Shown here: positions 57,068-63,327 of the stretch, piece after piece | Layout: each line of letters opens with the position of its first letter | How positions within the stretch are numbered: the first letter of the stretch is position 1 | Source: a virus | Taxonomy: Duplodnaviria; Caudoviricetes | IMG/VR virus record: IMGVR_UViG_3300037311_000078 | Span: 1 to 63,327 of that record | DNA: 63,327 bases | Reading direction: 5' to 3' (one strand) | The notes under the pieces: model-generated | What the model was told of the DNA's origin: nothing | What the model saw: only the letters and a program-made list of their open reading frames with translations | The model's database searches: none | Made by a program: the position numbers and the translations under genes

Positions 57068-57714
57068 TAATCAGCGTTCAACTTATCCGCCGTACCGATG
57101 ATTCACCAAACAGAGTGATAATTAACGGGACTGAACTATTCCCAGATACGAGCCAGCTCGTGTACTCACACAGATCTAATGGATTCGACTGGGGGTATCA
57201 CGGATCCGGCCCAGCTCATACCGCACTCGGAATCTGCCTTCACCTATTTGGCCCACACATCGCACCTCATGTTTACCAAAGTTTTAAGGTGGAGCACGTT
57301 GCGTCTTGGTCTCGCGAAGGGTTCTATACCGTAGATGTCACCGGTTTCTACAAGGAATTTGTGGAGCCGAACATGCCAGACTATCTCGCAGAATGGATGG
57401 ACTTCGTACTTAACCAACTGATGGTAGCTACGGACGAAAAGGCCTTTGTTGTCACCGACACGATTGACCAGGAAAACTGGTGTGTGAAGTTTGAGGTAAA
57501 AGAAGGTGTTGCATACCTAAGGCCTGTATGCGAGCCATTGGGTTATACTCTGGTAAAGCTGAACGGCGTATGGTTTGTAACGGCAAAATTTCCGCTTACC
57601 GATAGCATGGTAGGCCTGGTAATAGACAGTTCGACAGAGATGTTTAGCACCGCAGTTGAGCAGTTTACAGACGTACTTGGAACAGCTGCAAAAAATATTT
57701 CAAAAATCGCTTGA
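57064..57714 (+). CDS. DUF6166-like protein
   Basis: H..GFDWGY.GSGPA..AL.I, YQ.FK. Confidence 0.65.
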   Translation: MIISVQLIRRTDDSPNRVIINGTELFPDTSQLVYSHRSNGFDWGYHGSGPAHTALGICLHLFGPHIAPHVYQSFKVEHVASWSREGFYTVDVTGFYKEFVEPNMPDYLAEWMDFVLNQLMVATDEKAFVVTDTIDQENWCVKFEVKEGVAYLRPVCEPLGYTLVKLNGVWFVTAKFPLTDSMVGLVIDSSTEMFSTAVEQFTDVLGTAAKNISKIA

Positions 57715-57744
57715 TAATCTGGTTAAAGTAGTTATCTTTGCAAC
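57711..57744 (+). promoter_or_regulatory. early promoter, copy 2
   Basis: TTG-N19-TATCTTTG with conserved spacer. Confidence 0.8.
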
Positions 57745-57765
57745 AGATTTAAAACACAACCACAC

Positions 57766-58218
57766 ATGAATACTGCAACCAGAACACTGATCGATACCAC
57801 GACATTTGAACGTGTCGGCAAGGAAGGCCGGGTACCTAAGCGTGTACCGGTGCCTCTCGACGTTCAATCGCTCGTAAGCGCATCACTGCCTTACGACCCG
57901 CGCAAACAGGGTGAGCGCCCCACAACGCTCGACATCTACACGCAGCTGATTGACCTGGGCTTGACAGCCTACATCAACGAAAGCGCCGGTCGTGCCCAGG
58001 ACGAGGACCCGTTCGGCCTCACCGATGATCAGATGGCTACGCATGAAACAGACGATGTGCTGTGGATCCAGCCGGAAGTAAATGACGGCATCAAAGAGAT
58101 GTTGGATATTGTCAATGCCAATAGACTCACTACCGGTGAAAAGCGTATCCGCGGCGTTGTTCCAATCGTATGCGCGTTGATCCGTAAGGGCGTACAGGTT
58201 TCACTCTCAAACCAATAA
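57766..58218 (+). CDS. hypothetical protein (possible duplicated ribbon-helix-helix)
   Basis: two ..LI..G[LV] helical motifs; first gene after the promoter. Confidence 0.55.
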   Translation: MNTATRTLIDTTTFERVGKEGRVPKRVPVPLDVQSLVSASLPYDPRKQGERPTTLDIYTQLIDLGLTAYINESAGRAQDEDPFGLTDDQMATHETDDVLWIQPEVNDGIKEMLDIVNANRLTTGEKRIRGVVPIVCALIRKGVQVSLSNQ

Positions 58219-58220
58219 TC

Positions 58221-58394
58221 ATGAAAACACAACGCGTATTACACATAAACACCAAGCCGGAAGTTCTGTCCAACAAAGAACGTCTGATGCTCGAACGCGA
58301 AAATGATTACTTCCAGGATGATCTGGAAGAAAAGCAGGATCGCGAGCGCCGACTCCTAAACAGAGTGAGCAAAAACCGGCTGATCAGGAAGTAA
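58221..58394 (+). CDS. small hypothetical protein (57 aa, absent from the ORF track)
   Basis: ATG 58221 to TAA 58394 fills the gap. Confidence 0.55.
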   Translation: MKTQRVLHINTKPEVLSNKERLMLERENDYFQDDLEEKQDRERRLLNRVSKNRLIRK

Positions 58395-58421
58395 TTGTTA
58401 ACCAAATTTCTCTCATACACA

Positions 58422-59150
58422 ATGGAAAGCAACATCAACAACAATGCAAATGTGGTAATTCACACACCGCATTTCTGGGAATCGCTTGACACCAAAGAAC
58501 TAGACAAAGGTCTGGTAGGCTTCAACGCGGATTTCAACGCAGTATCACGGGACGAAACGGTATCTGTACCCGGCCGAGCAGCTCGAAAGTTCTCCTCGCT
58601 CGACGAGATCATGAAAACCGTCCGGCCTATTCTTGCAAAGCACAAACTGTATGTGCAGCAGATGATCACCGGCGACGAGATGATTACCATGGTGCGCCAC
58701 GAATCCGGCCAGTTCCGCTCCATCTCCGCACCGATGCTCCAATGGCAAGGTCAGGGTACTAACTCCCTGCAAAACCTGGGGGGCGCCATCACCTACCTGA
58801 AACGCTACTACCTGAGCGCCGCGCTCTGCCTGGCGACCGAAGAAGATGACGACGGCAACAGCGCTGGCAAGATCGCCCCGGGCAAAGCCGCAACGAAGCC
58901 AGCCCCACAGGACGCCGCACCACCGGTGAAGCTGGATGAAACCGTAGTGGACGCATGGCAATCCAAAGTGAACGAATGCAAGGAGCCCGCTGACTTCGAA
59001 AGGCTGTCGAAAGAAATGGCCGGTGTTCAGAGTGAACCCGTGAAGAAATTTGTGAAAGCTGCCATGGGCAAGCGTATGGATGACACCGGTATCTTTTACG
59101 ACAAGGAGGCCAAAGCCTTTGCAAAAAAGACAATTGATGGAAACGCTTAA
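58422..59150 (+). CDS. erf: ERF-family single-strand annealing protein
   Basis: LDEI...RP.L, T.V.HESG, Q.LGGAITY.KRY.L....LATEEDDDG. Confidence 0.88.
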   Translation: MESNINNNANVVIHTPHFWESLDTKELDKGLVGFNADFNAVSRDETVSVPGRAARKFSSLDEIMKTVRPILAKHKLYVQQMITGDEMITMVRHESGQFRSISAPMLQWQGQGTNSLQNLGGAITYLKRYYLSAALCLATEEDDDGNSAGKIAPGKAATKPAPQDAAPPVKLDETVVDAWQSKVNECKEPADFERLSKEMAGVQSEPVKKFVKAAMGKRMDDTGIFYDKEAKAFAKKTIDGNA

Positions 59151-59796
59151 AATATCGCCGTCCATCCTTGATAACTACCGAACTTGTCTACACGGCAAGT
59201 TCGGTAAGTCAATCAAAGACTTCATTGAAGGCCTGGACAAGCCCTGGGAGAAAACGGAAGCACAGTCAAAGGGTGACGCATACCACAAGTTGCTCGAACA
59301 CGGTGGGTGTGACTTCTTTAATATCGACTTTAGTGGAAAGGTCACATACAAGGTGCATGAGCCGGACTTGAAACGCGACTGGATCTTCACCGAAGCCCAG
59401 GCGAAACCGGCACTCGATACGTTCACGGACTTTCCGAACAAACAGCACGAAGTATGGGGGCGCCTAGAACTCGAAATACTTGGGCATCCAATACGGATGA
59501 ACCTGCGGGTTGACGCACTCGAGGTCCCGATGATCTGGGACTATAAAACTACCGGCAAGCCGCCTCGTGCTGAGAACTACTCAGGCACTACCCAGTGGCC
59601 ACTCTACATGATGGCGTACCCAGAGTGCACAGCATTCAGATACCGGGTATTCCACCTGACGGACTACGGATGTGAAGCTCACGATTACCTGTTTGAGCGC
59701 AGTGTCCAACATGAAAGGGTTGCAATACAGTGGCTCACGCATCTGGTAGACTTCATCATTACCAATAACCTTCAACCCAAATTTGCACTCAAATGA
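59137..59796 (+). CDS. PD-(D/E)XK (RecB/Cas4-like) exonuclease
   Basis: SPS.L, G.AYH..LE, VD....DYKT, QW..Y. Confidence 0.78.
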   Translation: METLKISPSILDNYRTCLHGKFGKSIKDFIEGLDKPWEKTEAQSKGDAYHKLLEHGGCDFFNIDFSGKVTYKVHEPDLKRDWIFTEAQAKPALDTFTDFPNKQHEVWGRLELEILGHPIRMNLRVDALEVPMIWDYKTTGKPPRAENYSGTTQWPLYMMAYPECTAFRYRVFHLTDYGCEAHDYLFERSVQHERVAIQWLTHLVDFIITNNLQPKFALK

Positions 59797-60284
59797 ATCT
59801 ATTTGATATTGAAATGAAGCAACGGGATATCGTTGACGAGCTGATCGAGAACGGAGGCGCCTTGTCTCCGGAACTTGAGGCAAAGATGGCGATCACCCGC
59901 GAACTGTTTGATCACAAGGCGCAGAGTTACGCGCTGCTGATTAAGGAGCTTGATATGGACATTGAACAGCTCGACCAGGTAATCCATCAATTTAAAAAGA
60001 AGAAGGATACCCTTGAGCAATCCAAAGACCAGCTTAAAAGCCGGTTACTACAGGCCATGATCGCATTCGATATCCAGAAGTTCAAAAACAACCTGGTATC
60101 AATATGGGTGCAAACTTCGGAGAAACTAAAGATCATGAATGAACAGGCCATCCCAGCCGAATTTTTGAACGAAGTCGTAACTGTCAAGATCGATGCCAAA
60201 GGGCTGAAGGAGGCCCTGAAAGCTGGAACAGTTGAAACAGATGCGGCATACATCAGTGTTGAGCCCAATCTGCAAGTACGATAA
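59793..60284 (+). CDS. siphovirus Gp157-family protein
   Basis: NLFDI N-terminus, coiled coil, IP.EF..K.D...LK.ALK.G. Confidence 0.82.
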   Translation: MNLFDIEMKQRDIVDELIENGGALSPELEAKMAITRELFDHKAQSYALLIKELDMDIEQLDQVIHQFKKKKDTLEQSKDQLKSRLLQAMIAFDIQKFKNNLVSIWVQTSEKLKIMNEQAIPAEFLNEVVTVKIDAKGLKEALKAGTVETDAAYISVEPNLQVR

Positions 60285-60287
60285 GCC

Positions 60288-60932
60288 ATGAAAAGTAACG
60301 CGCCGGATTCCATCAGAAAACTAATCGCGCTTGGATCCGGCGCGATTACAGACGCCGAATTGCTCGGCATAATAATCGGATCAGACAGCATTGCAAGGCA
60401 AATACTGAATGCTTGTCACAATAACCTGCACGAACTTGGTAAGATGAGCATAGCCGACCTGCAGCGGTTTCACGGAATAGGAGAAACCAAGGCGGCTTCG
60501 ATTATCGCAGCTATCGAGATCGGGCGCCGCAGGAGCCTTTCAGACATCAGGAACAGGCCAAGAATAACCAGCAGCCGGGATGCCTTCAACGCAATAGGTT
60601 CACTGCTTTCAGACATTCACCACGAAGAGTTTTGGATGTTGATGCTGAACAGAGCAAACGAGGTGATAGAACGTAAATGCGTGAGCGTCGGTGGAACCAG
60701 TGGCACCGTTGTTGATATAAAATTGGTGCTAAAGACCGCAATAGATCACCGGGCATCAGGGTTTATTGCGGTTCACAATCATCCATCTGGCAACCTTGAA
60801 CCAAGCAGAGCGGACATTGAGCTAACCGACAAATTAAAGCAAGCAGGCCGCATGATTGATATGCCAATGCTTGATCACTTAATCGTCTCAGAGCGAGGAT
60901 ACTACAGCTTCGCAGATGAGGGCCTAACTTGA
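60288..60932 (+). CDS. radC: RadC (JAB-domain) protein
   Basis: ELL..IIG, GIG..KA HhH, EEF, HNHPSG..PS.AD, LDHLI, YYSF. Confidence 0.93.
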   Translation: MKSNAPDSIRKLIALGSGAITDAELLGIIIGSDSIARQILNACHNNLHELGKMSIADLQRFHGIGETKAASIIAAIEIGRRRSLSDIRNRPRITSSRDAFNAIGSLLSDIHHEEFWMLMLNRANEVIERKCVSVGGTSGTVVDIKLVLKTAIDHRASGFIAVHNHPSGNLEPSRADIELTDKLKQAGRMIDMPMLDHLIVSERGYYSFADEGLT

Positions 60933-60938
60933 ACAACC

Positions 60939-61214
60939 ATGAAAAAAGTTATCGCAGTAATCACCGCAAGCGACGAAGGCTTTGTTTCTTTCGCTGAATT
61001 TCATTGCAATGGGAACCAGCAGGTATGCCCAATGATTACCGGAAATAAGGTGAAATTGTCTGATGGGACAACACTTTTGAAAGTATCATCACTCGATGAT
61101 GCAAAAGGACATCAGTATATCGAGCACCATCTGGCCGGTCCTCTTCCAAAAGAACTTGCATTCATCATAAACTACATCAAATCAAATACCGATGATACAT
61201 CCAAGAAGGCTTAA
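60939..61214 (+). CDS. hypothetical protein
   Basis: operon ORF. Confidence 0.5.
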   Translation: MKKVIAVITASDEGFVSFAEFHCNGNQQVCPMITGNKVKLSDGTTLLKVSSLDDAKGHQYIEHHLAGPLPKELAFIINYIKSNTDDTSKKA

Positions 61215-61425
61215 CGATGGCGATGTTGTATTCTGGAATGGATATCCAGGTGTGATTAAAGTCACAGGGTCACACCGGACGTTCCAGGCTGTTTCTCCGG
61301 ATGGCAAGGTATGGAAGGAGGAAGCGCTGGGGCCATCAGACAAAACACAACTCGACCTGGTTTGCACCGCAAAAGATGCAGCCAAGAGATATGCATCCAC
61401 ACTGAAAGTTATATACGATGAATGA
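61192..61425 (+). CDS. hypothetical protein
   Basis: operon ORF. Confidence 0.5.
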   Translation: MIHPRRLNDGDVVFWNGYPGVIKVTGSHRTFQAVSPDGKVWKEEALGPSDKTQLDLVCTAKDAAKRYASTLKVIYDE

Positions 61426-61618
61426 AACCGTAGTACTCCAATGCTCCGACGATCTGGCCAAGCTGTTGAACGACCTTCGCACGGCTCAAAAATCTTACTT
61501 TACCCTACCACAAGGAACGCTCGACAAAACTCGCGCCCTTCAAGAATCAAAGCGCCTGGAGGGCGAACTTGATAAATTCCTGAAAGACCGTAAAAATCCA
61601 CAACAATCACTTTTCTGA
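61418..61618 (+). CDS. hypothetical protein
   Basis: R.AQK.YF..SK.LE..D, QQSLF C-terminus. Confidence 0.6.
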   Translation: MNETVVLQCSDDLAKLLNDLRTAQKSYFTLPQGTLDKTRALQESKRLEGELDKFLKDRKNPQQSLF

Positions 61619-61620
61619 CC

Positions 61621-62163
61621 ATGATACACGAAGTACCTACTTACCAAAGGTTCCTGCTCGGAACCAACCTGGTTCTGGCCACCATCACAAATTCCAGCCC
61701 GAGCACCAGCAAAAATATGCTTATCGCTTCTACTGATGCCACCGGTGGATCAACTCCGGATCCGGTAATATCCGGCCACGTGGAAAAATATCTTCGTGTC
61801 GCTGGCATATCAGATCAGCAGGCTATTGCTGTCAAGGTCATGGTCGAAGGCCTGACGGCGCCTTTGTATTGCGTCAGATCGGCGAACAAGTGGACTGTGT
61901 GCAGGAAGATCAACACCAAGGCATCCAGCATCACAACAAAGATCAATCCTGAATCAGGCGACAAGGTTATTATCATGGACACGTTTCGTGACAACATGAT
62001 TGACCGCGGCTGTGACCCGGAAGAGGTTGATGCGATGGTTGCATCTTGCTCTGATGGCCCAGAAGAAGTTGTCGAGGTGTATCTGCACGGTCCGGAGTAC
62101 TGGGTAACACTTGGAGCGCTTTGCGAGGTTCCTTTGGTATGCTGTAAAGTGGTAAACGAATAG
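61621..62163 (+). CDS. hypothetical protein
   Basis: operon ORF. Confidence 0.55.
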   Translation: MIHEVPTYQRFLLGTNLVLATITNSSPSTSKNMLIASTDATGGSTPDPVISGHVEKYLRVAGISDQQAIAVKVMVEGLTAPLYCVRSANKWTVCRKINTKASSITTKINPESGDKVIIMDTFRDNMIDRGCDPEEVDAMVASCSDGPEEVVEVYLHGPEYWVTLGALCEVPLVCCKVVNE

Positions 62164-62228
62164 CGAAATGGCAGCACGACCCACATCCAAATGGTTGGTT
62201 CTGATGTTTTTATATAGTCGTATAACCA

Positions 62229-62750
62229 ATGAAAATCGTAGTTGAATCCCCAGTACAGAAGGTTCAGGAGGCCAACGAGATCACCATCGAGCAATACCTG
62301 AAACGACGGATCCAGCGCCGGCGACGTGTGGCGAAGCGCAAGCTGAAAGCCGTACCACTTTTCGCGGTGGAAGAAATGCAGGGGGAATTCCCCGGATATA
62401 CATACGAGGAGTTTGTGGCCGACGTCACCCGTAAAACTCGCAAGGGTAAATCGTTTCGGAGGCAACGGGAGATGGGGTTCAACTGGAAAGATATTGCCCG
62501 AGAGATTCCAGAGTTCGTATTAAAGTGCAAGGTCAGGACTAAAACGAAGGCATTGCTTCGCGGGCGCCTAAAGGATGGCACTGAGTTTACCATGGTTATC
62601 AGGGCTGTGTGGCATGGCGAATATGGAGAGTGCCGGTTGAGGACACACGAACTTATAAACCTTTGGCGGCGTAATAGCGTTGCCGAATTCCAAAGACATC
62701 CATCCACGTTGTTGTACAGACACAACAACGATCTGGAACTGGCACAATAA
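62229..62750 (+). CDS. basic hypothetical protein
   Basis: Arg/Lys-rich ORF, PLFA motif. Confidence 0.6.
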   Translation: MKIVVESPVQKVQEANEITIEQYLKRRIQRRRRVAKRKLKAVPLFAVEEMQGEFPGYTYEEFVADVTRKTRKGKSFRRQREMGFNWKDIAREIPEFVLKCKVRTKTKALLRGRLKDGTEFTMVIRAVWHGEYGECRLRTHELINLWRRNSVAEFQRHPSTLLYRHNNDLELAQ

Positions 62751-62803
62751 ATGAAGCGTGTTTGTCCTGTACGGGAAAGCCTGTACGGGAAGGCAATTGA
62801 TTG

Positions 62804-62838
62804 ATCCGCTCGACGAAAAGTTGAAGCGGATTTTTTTT
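62804..62838 (+). terminator. intrinsic terminator
   Basis: ATCCGCT..AGCGGAT hairpin plus T8. Confidence 0.75.
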
Positions 62839-62856
62839 GAAAAAAAGTTCAAATTA

Positions 62857-62893
62857 TTGTCGGCGTCTCAGTTAAAGTAGTTATCTTTGCAAC
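62857..62893 (+). promoter_or_regulatory. early promoter, copy 3
   Basis: GTTAAAGTAGTTATCTTTGCAAC at 62871. Confidence 0.8.
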
Positions 62894-62940
62894 ATCTAAT
62901 AAAAGCAAGTACAACTACTCTAAACTCAAATTCAACAACA

Positions 62941-63327
62941 ATGGAAAATTTTTCAGAGATCAAAGAATTCATCGCTTCCCGTTGCCGAGAAAAATCAGCA
63001 TGCTCGACGGAGTTTAAGCGTTTGCTCAGTTCAGATTCATTTACAGAACTGCTCAAGGTATTAACTGACAACTGGTGGTGGTGCGTAAACAATTCCATTT
63101 TCGATGGAAACCTATTGCTTAAATTCGGATCAGAGGCATTATCAGCCTGCAATGTTACCATCGTAGATAATGGATATCATGAAGCCGCGGAAGGATACTG
63201 GTACGCCGATGGCAACTCCACAGTAAGCGCCGATGGCAACTCCACAGTAAGCGCCTATGGCAACTCCACAGTAAGCGCCTATGGCAACTCCACAGTAAGC
63301 GCCTATGGCAACTCCACAGTACGCGCC
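62941..63327 (+). CDS. partial protein with A(Y/D)GNSTVS octapeptide repeats, runs off the window
   Basis: ATG 62941, open to the end; MENFSEIKEF...ACS.EF. Confidence 0.75.
   Translation, partial: MENFSEIKEFIASRCREKSACSTEFKRLLSSDSFTELLKVLTDNWWWCVNNSIFDGNLLLKFGSEALSACNVTIVDNGYHEAAEGYWYADGNSTVSADGNSTVSAYGNSTVSAYGNSTVSAYGNSTVRA
63205..63327 (+). repeat. 24-bp tandem repeat GCC(G/T)ATGGCAACTCCACAGTA(A/C)GC, at least 5 copies
   Basis: units start at 63205, 63229, 63253, 63277, 63301. Confidence 0.97.

Noticed and set aside
59137-59796. Cas4 of a CRISPR system
   Set aside because: No four-Cys Fe-S pattern; context is an ERF recombination module.
1-63327. Genome-wide TAG recoding
   Set aside because: Only one internal TAG found; long genes are intact in code 11 and several genes, including the capsid, end in TAG.

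Overview
The window looks like a nearly complete tailed dsDNA phage genome (siphovirus-like: tape measure present, no sheath recognised). Repeated TTG-N19-22-TAnnTTTG promoters point to a Bacteroidota host. Almost all genes are on the + strand. Layout: DNA metabolism/replication (1-11.4 kb: exonuclease-macrodomain fusion, SF2 helicase, Dam-like MTase, HNH, initiator with iterons, ParB); a methyltransferase-metacaspase-PAPS-reductase(IbrA)-ParB(IbrB) operon (11.5-15.7 kb); a divergently regulated membrane-protein module ending in a membrane-anchored transglycosylase (16.2-21.2 kb); amidase and secreted proteins; TerS/TerL; a tRNA-like ncRNA locus; tail genes placed before head genes (28-51 kb); a lipoprotein glycoside hydrolase; and an early/recombination region (54.6-63.3 kb). 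The window ends inside a 24-bp coding tandem repeat. I recognised no integrase, polymerase, reverse transcriptase or CRISPR array. The most unusual signal is the 16.2-21.2 kb module: 25 GAWTC pentamers in about 935 bp, twin ATTCAAA-N6-TTTGAAT operators between divergent promoters, and an operon of HTH-TM, HTH, polytopic membrane, nuclease-TM and transglycosylase-TM proteins. All family calls are from motif recognition by eye, not database searches.
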